From Mugil cephalus (Eukaryota): a DNA stretch of 64,000 nucleotides. Shown here in pieces: positions 37,085-48,930 of this stretch. The position numbers were made by a program, and so were the translations under genes. The DNA lies in contig NC_061789.1 of assembly GCF_022458985.1 (NCBI RefSeq), positions 11,479,707-11,543,706 of the forward strand. Direction: 5' to 3'. Under the pieces are notes generated by a model. That model was given only the letters and a program-made list of their open reading frames with translations. It made no database searches and was not told the origin of the DNA. Positions within the stretch are counted from its first letter, which is position 1, and every line of letters begins with the position of its first letter.

Positions 37085-38722
37085 GTTAAGTATACCAGCA
37101 GCAGTACTCGATGGGGCCCCGCAGCATCCAGTGGTCTCCGGGGCGACGGAGGATGCCAATCCTCCCCCGTGCGGCGGTCCTGTCAGCAAAGATATGTCAG
37201 ACGGTCCAAAGGAAGGAGAAGAGAAAGAAACCTTAAATCTTTGTCTTTCTAATCTATTGTTGGTATTATGTGGAGTGTTCTGTGTGAAGAAAGTTTGATT
37301 TTTGTGTGTGTGTCTGTTACCTGTGACCCTCTGGACTCCTCCTCGGTCTTTGCCCTCCTTGCGAGCTCTCAGCCTGATGGCCTGGTTCTCTCGGATCACT
37401 GTGGCCTTGATGGTCTCCAGAACCGCCACCTCCTTCCTGGGGATGTAGGTCCCTGGAAGAAAACCAGATGTTGTTAGTGGGGATCTTTGGGTCCTATGGG
37501 TTGAGGGGAGGGGCCTCTGTGGGTCATCTCACAGATACTTGATCAGTTTGGGATCTGGTGAATTTGATTTCAGGAACGATGGGGCTGATCTGTTCAGAAA
37601 TCTGGAGGAAAAATATTCCTGGGGGGAAAACATCAAGAATAAAAGAAAGTGACCAAAAGGCTTGAAGATGCACTGAGAGTTTTTCCAGGAGCTGTGGGAT
37701 CCCACCTGGTCCTTCGAACAGCCACTCGTCTCCGGCCACTCTCTTCTCCCCTCCCACCTCCTCAAAGTCCAGCAGAGCCTGCAGACGCAGCGCCGTGTCC
37801 AGATACACGATCTGCAGAGGTGTCGGGTCCTGAAGGAGAAAAACAAACAAACAAACAAAAGATTACCTTTCTCACAGTAGTTTCTCTTTATTTAAAGACT
37901 GACTTTTATTCTAATCTTTTGATTACAATAATCTAAAGCCTGGTTTCCATGCCGACCTTCTGGACCTCCTCTCCAGGGTACAGAGGGAACGGGTCCTGCG
38001 TCAGGCGGATCTCCAGGTCGGCGTGACGCAGCTTGGCTTGACCCGATTGGTCAAACAAAACCTGGCCGTTGTCGTCACGGGCAACGGGGTTGGCGATAAC
38101 GCAGTAGTGACGCGGCGGAACCATCGTCATACGAACCGGTAAAAAAAGCACTCTGTTAAAAAAGAAAATAAAAAAACTGATGTTAAATTCTGATTTGAAT
38201 AAGAGATGTGAGACACTGACTGGAAATGGAGCTGAAACTAAATGGAAGACAATCAAACTCCAGCAGCTACAACACAGAGAGTCTGTCCCACCTCTCATTG
38301 TCCTGGCGGATGTAGGTGAGTGGTCCGACCTCCACACGGGTGATGTTGGTGTTCTGGTCCAGGACGTGGATGTAGTGATGAGGAGGGATCTGGATGATGG
38401 ACGCATCCATCAGGGCTTCCACCTCAGGCCCACGGTTTCCGCCCTTCTTAGACATCATGGCAAAGAAACGCTGCACAGGAACAGAAACATGTGGAGGGCT
38501 TTAGGTCCACGCCATGTACGGACTCCACTGAACACCCCGACCCCTACGGCTAAACTGACTGTTGATACGAACACAGACAAAAGAGGCAAGTACGAAGAGA
38601 CAAAGGATGCAAAAAAAAGATTCAAAAAGACACAAAAAAAATATCATAAAGATGCAAAAAGCAGCCACAACGACACAAGTAACCTGAAACCGACAAAATA
38701 CAATGACAACAGATGATGGAAA
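37085..38722 (-). pseudogene. mvp: Truncated mvp 5' fragment (copy 3): exons 1-4 with introns, ending in a mosaic junction
   Basis: Exon 1 is 38292..38411 ([10 protein letters not shown]...), exon 2 38152..37957 (VPPRHYC), exon 3 37829..37706 ([13 protein letters not shown]), exon 4 37452..37321. Intron 4 continues down to 37212. Then 37105-37157 copies an exon-8 interior piece, 37158-37184 an exon-6 interior piece and 37185-37207 an intron-5 piece, followed by the AT-rich element. Retained intronic pieces argue against a retrocopy. Confidence 0.8.
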
Positions 38723-39568
38723 AAGAACACTGACATATAAAGGGTTAAAAGTCAGAAATTTATCAAACTTTTGGTATTATACTTAGTAAAGAAGTGGATT
38801 AAATGATTCAGTTTAAAAAGTAGAAAAAAATATTAAATTAAAATTCTCCCTGAAGCAGAATAAATAGGTGTGTGTGACTTTTACTTGGAAGATCTCCCTC
38901 TAAGGTCATTAATGCAAAACAGCTGATTCATGCAAAGGCAAAAATACACTCCAAAGAGCCTGCTCCTGTCTAAAACACGGTCCGGATGAATCTCATCAGA
39001 CTGTACACATCTTTACATTGCATTCTGGTTTTGTTGTATATTGATGCGCTGAAGAAAGAAGTGATCACCGCTTAAAAAGGTTTATTTACAAGAAAGAACA
39101 ATGTCAAAAACTCAGCCGAATCTGAGAGGGCTTCTCGTTCAGCTCCACCATACACACACAAAACTTATGTCCTTATATCTGGTTAGTTTTAAGATCTGGC
39201 ATTTGGTAAATGACTTTTTGACCTCAAACATACACACTTTATACACACTTCACATACACAAAAGGGAAAGAAGAGAAAAACAAGAAGATAATTTACTACA
39301 GTTTCCACTCAACATCCGCAAACCAACAAAAGAACCTGCCAAACGACTTCCGCATGATAAACCTCAACGTCAAACTGCATGAGAAATAGTGTTAATTAAA
39401 GTCCCAGGCCTTGCAAGAGACAAACATTGACATTTATACGATTTACATGCTTTAGGATTAACATAAACGTTTCATCTTTATTTTTAATTTTTAACCCGTG
39501 AATCCAAAGAGAGATTGCAGAGAAGAGTTCTGGAGAAGATGCACTTGGAAATTGGTCCAGCGTCTTAC

Positions 39569-39780
39569 CTGTGCTCTTTGCGGCTGTACGGGAAGACGGG
39601 AAGACGGTCGGCTGCTCAAGCGAATCCGGGCGGAAAGAGTCGATTTTAAGAAAACGAATAAAAGTTTACTGAGCAAGAGGCCGCAGACGGCGAGCGAGGG
39701 GGAGATTGTTCTCTGTTACCGGAAGAGGAGGAGAGGTCGCGTCAGTTTCTGGGTAGTAGCAGTGACGTAGGACGTATTTC
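39569..39780 (-). promoter_or_regulatory. Element Y copy Y2, 5' of truncated mvp fragment copy 3 (candidate promoter plus non-coding exon)
   Basis: Shares the CAAAGAGCACAG|gtaagacgctgg donor, with upstream ccggaag (ETS-like) and gtgacgtaggacgt (CRE-like). Carries a 30-bp insertion relative to Y1. Confidence 0.3.
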
Positions 39781-40910
39781 AGTAGCTCAGGAAATCTCCT
39801 AATCTCCTAATTTATAATCAGTTAGTCCCTTAGAATAAATATCTGTAAGTTATTTATTTTATTATTATTATTTTTAAAAACTTTATATAACAATGGCTTA
39901 CTCATTTTTGACACTTTACTCATAATTAACATTTTAAAAAGCCTTTATTCTGGCACAAGAGCACACAACAAGATTAAGGGTATTACTTCTGACAAATATT
40001 CAATCAGTAAATACGAACAGATGACAGACCACATACAGTCTTAAAACGTCAATGAATTATATAAAAGATGTCAATAGTAGTGTCATGTGAAAGAAATGAT
40101 GCATTCAAAAATTAAAATAGTGCACTTGGACTGATGACGCATGGGTAAAAACTTAGTTTAGTTTATTTCGAACATGTTAAAAGCAAACAAAATAATCATA
40201 CACCATACAAGGGACATAAAGAACCTAAACAACAAAAAGAAAATGAAAAATAAAGTTAAAATTACAGATTTTACATGACCAAAAAGAAGTGGAAGTACAG
40301 ACTTATTTTATCCCACCCCTTCTTAATAGATCAATAGTATTTGTATATTTGTATAATCATAGCAATATTCTGTTTTGAAATCTGTGTTTGTGCCTTCTTC
40401 ACTGCTGCACAGGTCTTCCACCCTTCTCCCCATTCATGTGTCGAGGCTTTTTAAGGTGTCTCCTAAAGCCAATGATTAGTTCATTTTCATTTATTTGGAC
40501 TACTTATGGGCCCAAACAAAGAATGACAGTATGTATAGACCATTGGGAAAATCTGGATATCCTAAAGCAAAATGCCAGGCATCACTTTATATTCAGTTTG
40601 AAGTAGCTCAGTCTCAGTAAAAAACTTAAGAAAAAATAAAACACAGGCTCAGGATAACATTATAGATATTTAATGGGTAAACAAACAATTCAGCTGAGAG
40701 GACAAAGAATGCACAAAACAAGGGGGAATATCAAAAGAAAAGCACGCACACAGATAACATCCAGCTCCAGTTTAACCCTTACATGTTTAATTCGTTTTAT
40801 AAACCACTATTTTAATGTTTTTCTGTCAAAGATATTGTTTATCCAACTAGAACAGAGTAAAATAGAATATTTCTCAATATGAAGCATTGTGTGAAAGGTT
40901 TAAAATGATT

Positions 40911-41100
40911 GCTTAAAGAGAAGTTAAATAAGGTGACACAAAATAACGTAAAACTTTTAATGAAGTTCATCATGTTTATCGTTTCAATGCTGGCCAGTGG
41001 AGTTCATCAGGGAATGATGTTGGGTCTTCTTTATCTTCATTTTTTTTCTATGAACTTCTAATTATTTTTTTCAAAAGAAGTTCTTCATGATTAAATCTTC
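40911..41100 (+). mobile_element. Degenerate reverse-transcriptase fragment from a LINE/non-LTR retrotransposon, just inside the unit 1 | unit 2 boundary
   Basis: Encodes ...SMLASGV(H/P)QGMMLGLLYL..., a decayed version of the RT motif GVPQGSVLGPLLF. The paralogous ORF 58465..58647 reads MLASGVPQGMMLGLLYLQFF. Confidence 0.45.
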
Positions 41101-44100
41101 TAATTTAAGGTTATGAACCACCGATGAGCTACAGTTCATCTTTCCAATGGTTCAGCTAAGAAACAAAATCTATGTTTTATATCCAAGATTTGTCTTGAGA
41201 GGATTTCTACTCTTTTTCTGTAAAGGATAATCATTTCACCATGTCACGCCATCTTGCAGGAATTCATCGTGCACGAACGAATACTGCTGCTGATTTTTTT
41301 TTTAAATTACTCCGACGTCGCTAGCCATAGCTAGAGGGCACGTCTGATAAATAATAAAAAATAGTAATAAAAAAGAAATACAGAAAATAAATTAATGAAT
41401 ATACAACATAAGAAACGTAGACAGTCTTAAGATACTTCTATCATACAGTCTCTTTATGAATAAAAGAAAAGTTCTAAGTAATTTTTAATTATCGAGCAGC
41501 GATTAGCTAACGTGACTTCCGCTTTCGAGATCCGGCAGAATAAAGACGTTTAACAGCCTACTGAAAATAAATTTCCTCTTATGAACTTGGACTTATTTGG
41601 TAACTTACAATTTATTAAATAACTATTTTAAAAAAATATTACTGAATTTGAATTTTATGTGTTTTTTAAAAAAATATTTATTAAAATATTCATTATTCTT
41701 ATCTATCATTTTATTATTCTTATTTGATGATTTAAAAAAAATGTATACATTGACATTATTTTTAAAATATTATCTATCATTATTATTCATAATTTGTTAT
41801 TGTTTTTTAAATATACATTTTGTTTAATGTCACGTACCCCCTGGAGTACCTTCAAGTAGTATATACAAAAAAGAGAGAGAAAACAACTCAGTAAAGTATC
41901 CGTTTTTAATATTGGTAAGTATACCAGCAGCAGCAGCAGCAGCACACAGGTCTTAACGTAGGAACAACAGCACTTTTTAAGGCAAAGAGAAAAACTACAC
42001 AACCTCCACCACAGAAGTAGAAATGCTCAATACAGACTATACGTTTATATTTGTTAATTTCTGTGGCTATAGTGCAAAGCAGAAAGGGAAATCTTTGGCT
42101 TTTAGGTGTCAACAAAGTAAACAAAAAGTTATGAAGTTTTTAGGCACAATTATTCCATTAACAGCATCAGTTCACGGACACATCACATGTTGTCAGTTCT
42201 GCTCTGTCAAAACTCAGAGTCTCATTTCTTCTGTAAAGTAATGATCAGTAACAGTGAACATCGCGTCTACGTTGTACAACCTGGAGAAAATAAACCAAGG
42301 ACGTGAGTCTGCTTCCCTGCTCCGTCTGAAAGTGTGTCATCTAATAAACAAACAGCAAATTTTATTTTTAGAGGTCTGACATTTTTATGCAGAGAGTGAA
42401 ATGCGTTTTAATATTAGACGACCCACTTTTATGTAAGAACAATGAAACAGTTCCTTTTATTTCTCATGCTGAGTTTTGAACATAGAATTTTGATTGTAGA
42501 GAAGCAGTGAATCTAAGGATTCAGTAACTTCCTGGTTATATAAACTGGACAAACTTTGTTTAATTTTTCTGATCCAAGCATAAGATAGAAAGTATAGAAA
42601 AAAGGGTTTTCTTTTAAGCTTGTTTGTTTATTTTAATTGTTCACGCTGTACATTTGCATGAACATAATTCTAGTAAACATTACTTGTGGCGTGGTCAGCT
42701 TTTTTATTTTTATATTTCCCCTCCCCTTCCTCACGGTGCCGAACCCTGTCCCAACCCTGGCAGCGCCCCCAGCAGGCCGTTGGCCGTAGTGAAGAGGTTT
42801 ATGGGAGACGAGCCATCCGTGATGAGGGTGGACTTGAGTCCCAGAGCCTGGAGCATCTTCACCTGTAGGAAACAAACCACTGTGAGTTTAAAATCCTGCA
42901 CAAAGTCAAGGTACTTCTAATGAGCCGCTTTACGTCCTCTCTGAAGTAGATTTTAATTTCTAATTTTTGGTACGGTACCTGCAGCTCTGGTCCGGCTCTG
43001 GCGATCTCCTTCAGCGTGTCACTGCCCAGACTCTCCACCAGCTTCTTGAAGTGGGCACTTTCGATTTGAGCCAGACGCTCCTGCTTCTCCACCTCCAGAT
43101 TATCCATCTCCTTCTTATAGTTGAGCTCCTGCTCACGCGCCTTCGCCAGGCGCTGGAGCTCCGCCTCCTGCGCACACACACAGAAAAAAAAAAAAACACA
43201 GATGAAAACAAACTTCTGATTAAATCATTTTGGTGACCGACATGCTGTAGAGATGAAAGTCATATGTACTTAACAGAGCTTTAAGGTTGGCATTAAACAA
43301 AACGTGCAGCCGATTATCCCAGCGCATGCTGTTGTGGGCGGAAGTAGAGATGGTAGTGTATGTTATCGAGCTTACTGTCCGGTGGGAAGACAGAGTTGAG
43401 GAGGCTAATGAGCGCGAGAGAGCTCGATATTCAGAGATGGCAGCAGAAGCTGAGCAGCGAGGGTAGAGCGACTGCGTGCGGCCGGTGGAGGTGGGTTGCC
43501 GTGGAACCCACCATCTCCTGTGTGAGCTGGGCATTCGTGGGAGAGAACAAAGGGTGACATGTCCCTGGCAGCAGAGCGATCAAGTGAGTGGCTGTGGCTG
43601 AGGAGGAAACATGCTAGCTGGGGAGCATGCTGGGGAGCAAGGTTAGGCTAGCTGGTTTTAGTAGTTAGTAGTAGGGCTAAGCTAATCTCTCGGTTGAAAG
43701 TTACACGGTTGTGTGGTGGCAGCATGGAGAGGGGGCCCCCCAAGACACTGGAACTTACTGTTCAGCCTTCTTGAGGTGTCGTGGGCCTTAACAAAACATC
43801 GGTGAAGGGAGGTGCCCACTTGAAAACCCCAAAGATGTGTCGCATACTGCCTATTGCCGTTGGCTAGGCTAGTTAGATGGCGTCTTCTTGTTGGTTGCTA
43901 ACCGGTAGCTGACAGCGAGCCTGCTGGTCGGTTTTTCAGTTGGACTGGGCTTCTAAAGTCAGCCCTGGATGCCTAAATATTGAGCAAAAAATGACCATAC
44001 TCCATCAGTTTATTTTTAAGAAGGAAAATAAAGCAATGCAAGCAATTTTCTACCTAAATAAAATTGCCAAAAAGCAAAAAATTTCCCCTTGCTGACAAAA

Positions 44101-45432
44101 AGAACTTTTTTTTAATTAGTATTTTTTAAAGAAATTTCTTTGAAATGCCCTAAAACATTTAACACCTCGGCAGGCTTTCTGTGACCTCCAAACCACCACA
44201 CGACCCAACATCCACAGGCCCAATTTCCCTATTTTTGATATGAAAATTAGGTTGGTTGGAAATTTAGTTTTTGTAGTAGCGACACAGCCAAGTCGTTTCA
44301 GCATCTCAGAGGCGTGCAGTAAGAGACATGCAGCAGCCCACAGTTATCCACTGAAAAGCTGCCAACACCGGCCGGGTTCTTATTCTTGTACTTACCATTA
44401 CCATTTCGTTACAGTACTCCATCCTCTTTTCTACCTACAAAGTCTTCTGAAATCCAGTTCCTCAAATTATTCTCCTCCTCCTCTTGCGTCTACTCCTGTT
44501 GATTCTATCACTCCCAGCTCCTCCTTTTTTCACAGCTGCTAATTATTGGCATCTCTACATCAGTCGTACCAGCAGCTCCGGTGTATTTTATTGAGCTCAT
44601 GCGTGGAGTTTTATGCTAAGAACAGTAAGAGTGGGCGTACCGCCTCGATCCTTTGAGCCTCTGCCTTCAGTTTGGCCTCGCTGACTGCCGCCTCTCCCTG
44701 GATGCGAGCCGCCTCAGCGCGGGACTGAGCCTCCGCCTTAGCAGCTCCCGTGCTCTCCACCGCAGCGCTGAAACACAAGCGCCATCGATTCACTGGGACA
44801 TTTATACTAAACAGTTGCATGGACTCAGCCTCATCAGGCTCCATAGTTTGACATCATTCAACATCAAGGTGTGCATTCACCTGAGCGCCTCCAGCTCCAG
44901 CAGTTCCTTCCTGGCTTTCTCCGCCTGGGCCTGGTCGGTGATCTTCTGCCTCTCCAGCTTCCCCCGAGCCTCCTGCTCCAGACGCTCCGCCTCGTGTCTG
45001 CACACCAACAACACGTCATGAAACCCGGCGGCTTTTCAGCAGCGCTAACCGCTCAAAACCTCAAACTTGTGTGTCTGTGTGACCGTGCGGCCGCCTCCTG
45101 GGAGTTGGTGGTGATCTCGATGGCCAGCTGGACGCTCTTCTGCAGGGCGTCTCGGGTCCTCTGGTCGACGGGCTCCACGGACTGGATGTCCACGCTGCTG
45201 ATCACCAAGTTGTTCTGTTTGAAGCAAAGGTTGGGACGGATCGCCATCTTCTCGTCGAAGCCGAACACAGCGGAACAGATGATCCGGTTGGAGTTCTGCA
45301 GACGAGACAGAACTTAAGATTTAAGAAAGATGTTTCTCTGGAATAAAGGGATATAGATTTTGGTCCATTGTCTACAAACTAGTTTGTAATTTTTTTTTTA
45401 GATACTCTGGGTAAAAAAACAAATGCACTAAC

Positions 45433-45577
45433 CTTACGGAAATCATCAAACTGCACCGAGGCGACAGCTCCTCTGATCTTGGAGGCGATGGCTTTACAGG
45501 CATCTCCCACAAAGTCAGGAACTGAGAACAGAGTTGCTGCAGAAGCAGAGTCGGCCGGCAGCTTGATATCAAAGTGC
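45433..45577 (-). CDS. mvp: mvp copy 2, exon 11 (His to Arg at the conserved FDDFHK motif)
   Basis: Copy 2 reads GAT GAT TTC CGT AAG (FDDFRK); copy 1 and human have FDDFHK. A 28-bp intronic deletion lies just 5' of this exon, at about 45580. Confidence 0.75.
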
Positions 45578-45650
45578 CTGAAGAGGGATGATTGTGATCA
45601 TGAAATAGTAAAACCAGGAGGTGTTTTCCGGCGCTGGACTGTGTGGTTAC

Positions 45651-45848
45651 CAGTTGTAGGAGAGCTGCAGCTGCAGGCGGGCGTGGTCCGCCGTCTCTAT
45701 GGTGATGATGTCAGTGAAGAAGTCTGGCCCCAGCAGGAGGCAGATGGCCTTGATGACGTTGGGCCTCTTCGGTTTGTCCCCGGACAGCGACAGCACGGTC
45801 AAATGCTCATCGGGTCCCAGCATCACCAAATCCGGCCCGAACATCACC
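45651..45848 (-). CDS. mvp: mvp copy 2, exon 10 (Phe to Leu: [12 protein letters not shown] against [12 protein letters not shown])
   Basis: Copy 1 has cacggtgaaatg, copy 2 cacggtcaaatg. Phe is conserved in human (GPEEQFTVLSLS). Confidence 0.75.
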
Positions 45849-48217
45849 CTGCAGACACAACACGATCAGCTCCTCTATCCAACCTCTACACCCAACACCC
45901 ACACAGTCAGGAGAGACGCCCCACCTGGCTTTCTTCTCTCTGTAGTCGTACACCTGGACAGCGGCGTTGTGAGGGACCCTGTAGGAGACCACCCTGGTCT
46001 TCTCCCTCCGCCCGTCCTCTCCCATATTTTGGCGGTCGGAGCGGTCGGACAGCGGGTCGAGGCGGGCGGCCAGCAAGGCCTCGACCTTTGGAGGAAGCTC
46101 CTTCTCCCACAGCTCCTCATCCTGAGTCAGCATGTAGGTGTGACCGATCACCGCTCGCACCTGAGAGGCCGACGGCACACGGTTAACTCATAGTCAAATG
46201 AAGCCGGAGCAGAAAACCAGTTAGCTCGCACCTTTCCAGTCTTATTGTCCCTGACGTAGATCCCCTCGTTCTCGTCCAGGGGGATGGCCTCTTGCCTCAG
46301 CACCACCTCCACTGTGGCGGGGGGGACATACTCGATGGGGCCCCGCAGCATCCAGCGGTCTCCGGGGCGACGGAGGATGCCGCTCCTCCGGGTGCGCTTA
46401 GGCCTGCTCTCCATGGCCCCCTCCTCTTCCTCCTCCTCCTCCTCGTAGTCCTGCTCCATGTGCTGGCAGAGAGAATGGGGCAGAGACAGGAGGGGGGTGG
46501 AAATAAAGGTTAATGTGGGGATGCATTGGCGTGGAGGAGGAGAAGGAGGAGGAGAAGGAGGAGGAGAAGGAGGAGGAGAAGGAGGAGGAGAAGGAGGAGG
46601 AGAGGGGATCGGAGGGAGGCACTGATTAAAAACAACAGAGAACGTGAAAAAATAAAGCGATGGAGTAATAAAAAGAAGAAATGAACGGAGGGACGTCGGG
46701 AGAGAAACAAAGAAGAGTGTGTGATGAGTTAGCAGGAAGAAAAAATTAGGACTTTGACACGATGTCACCTGACCCACAGGTGTGTCTCACCTTTCTACCT
46801 ACATACCAGAGCTGCTTTAACAACGTACAGGTGGTCTTTCTTCCAGACACGCCTCTGTGAAAGCACTATTTGATTTTCTAATCTCCTCCACCTGCTGCTT
46901 GAGGACCGGTTACACAAGATCAATGGTGCAATGTACATCTCCTCCACCCGTCACTGCAGCAGCTCCTCACACAGAGGACGGACGGGGTTAATGTGTTTGA
47001 GCTGGACGTTGACTGTCAGATTCCTGTAGTTCACCGGGACAAAGTGCGCAAGGGGCGAATGGCAGGGTGAAGAAATCTAAGCCACACTGCAGTGAAATAT
47101 GACAGCAGCTCAACCAAGAGGCTCCTGCTACATAACAATCAGGGTGACCCCTCTGCTTCCCACCACTTAGTGACAGCAATGTGTCACTCAGTCGTTTAAC
47201 AAGCTCCAACCCCAAAATGCAGCGTTTTTGTGCAAATATCGAATCAAAAAGTGTCAAAAAGTCTACATTTTAATTAGACTTGATGTCAATTTCATTGTTC
47301 TTTTTATTGTGTTAAACTTTTCTTATTTTTAATAGGGCTGGGCGGTATGACAAAAAAAATATTTTTTTGTTCACAACATTTTCTACGGGTTGAGAGAGGA
47401 GTTAATACAGGAGATTGACTAAGGATGGACTATTTTACTGCGATTATGGGTAAATGTTGGTGTGGAAATTTACAGCTCAGAGATAAAAAACTAATTAAAT
47501 GTCATTAATATAACATGAAGAAACAAGGACAATTATTGTTTCATTTATTTTTACATATTTATTCATATTTAAACTACTATATCTGTAATGTTCATAGCAG
47601 CGCAAATGGCTACTGTAATAGTTGTAGTCTGCGCGCAACATTTTTTTCTCATTCATAAAAGATAAAATTGGGGACACTTTCTGGGATCTCGGTGATAACA
47701 AAACCAACTTGAGGCTTTAAACCTGTTCTTGTTGCAGCTTCTTGTTTCCTGAACTTTTAGCCTGTCCGGCGTCCTGTTGTTTCGTGCAGCTTTACGTACG
47801 AATGATGAACCACATTGGTTTTAGCTTGTTACACTGTAGTAGATTTGATTCAGTTATTGAAAACAAATCAAACCAACACAGTGGTAACATCTGAATCGCC
47901 ACCGGGGCCACTTTGTCCCAGAAAAGTCGGACCCCGAGGTCAAAAAGTTTGAAGACACCTGCTCTATAGGACGTCCACTTTTCCGAATCAGTCTGCCCTC
48001 ACCTCCTCGGTGTCGGTGAAGGCCTCCACGGCTCGCAGCACCAGGCCCTCCTCCTCCGACAGCACGTACACGTCCTGGATGCCCTGTTCAAGATGCTCAC
48101 CCGGCTGCAGGAAAAAGGAGCGCTCACCCTGGAAGGAGGTAGATTAGTGTTTTTTTTGATTGATTGGGTATGTGACTTTACTATAAACACTAAACACTGT
48201 ATCCGGAGGCATCTTAC

Positions 48218-48453
48218 CTTCACCACCTTCTTCTTTCCCAGCTGAGGCTTGCCGTCGTGCCCGACCGGGTCCAGGATCACGCAGTACTGCCTGCTGCTCA
48301 GGGTGGTCACGTTTACCACGCCCACCACCTCCTCCGCCACAGAGGGGATGTGGGCCTCCCTGTCGGCCATGGTGACCAGCCACTCCTCCCCGTGCGGCGG
48401 TCCTGTCCGCCGGCGTCTTTGAAGGGCCGCAGGGCGCGGACGTGCAGCGCTTT
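48218..48453 (-). CDS. mvp: mvp copy 2, exon 6 carrying the frameshifting 1-bp deletion (at about 48387-48391)
   Basis: See the gene-level entry. The copy 2 donor is also gtaaga where copy 1 has gtgaga. Confidence 0.5.
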
Positions 48454-48835
48454 CTGGAGGCGCAGCAAAGATATGTCAGACGGTCCGCAGCTGTTTGTGA
48501 ACGCACCATAATTGAAGTTTCTAAGAGCTGCGTCCAGGCACATATATAATTAGAAGTGTCTCCGTCATAAAGATGCTGCTGAGACGTTAATAACCACTGT
48601 TTTATCTACAATCCTGTTCTCAACCGTTCTGTTGTTTTTTCCACTTCTGGGTTTGTAAAATAGGAAGTAGCAAGAAATCTATGTCAAAGTTCCGCAGTTG
48701 TTGTTTTTGTTTTTTTATACATGTCACCTGAGTCACATAGTGGTAACCACATGATTCTTACTTGGCCGTGAAAACAGGAAGTGGCCTCTATCTTAACAGC
48801 CACTGGAAACAGAAACAGATGAAGCGGAGAGTCAC

Positions 48836-48930
48836 CTTGTCGGTGAGGATGAAGGCGTTGACGATGTCGATGACCTCCTCGTGAGCACCTGGAAGGTACA
48901 CGTCCACTTTGCAGACCAGCCACTCGTCGC
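48836..48930 (-). CDS. mvp: mvp copy 2, exon 5 (Gly-Ala to Asp-Val: KVDVYLPG against KVGAYLPG)
   Basis: Copy 1 has ggtacgcgcccac, copy 2 ggtacacgtccac. Human is VGAYLP. Confidence 0.75.

Larger units (their letters stand above)
23571..41224. repeat. Tandem segmental duplication unit 1 (~17.65 kb) carrying mvp copy 1 and truncated mvp fragment copy 3
   Basis: 23571-41224 aligns base-for-base with 41225-58777 at a near-constant offset of 17598-17644 (few indels). All six-frame ORFs are duplicated pairwise, e.g. 25249..25569 = 42859..43179. The unit edge ggataatc(g/a)tttca(a/c)catgtca(t/c)gccatcttgcagg occurs at 23571 and 41225. Confidence 0.85.

Noticed and set aside
37070-38722. The truncated mvp fragment as a processed retrocopy (the junction joins pieces of different exons)
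   Set aside because: Introns 1-3 and part of intron 4 are retained. One of the stitched pieces (37185-37207) is intronic sequence upstream of the exon 6 acceptor, and the exon pieces are interior fragments rather than exon-exon joins. So this is a DNA-level rearrangement.
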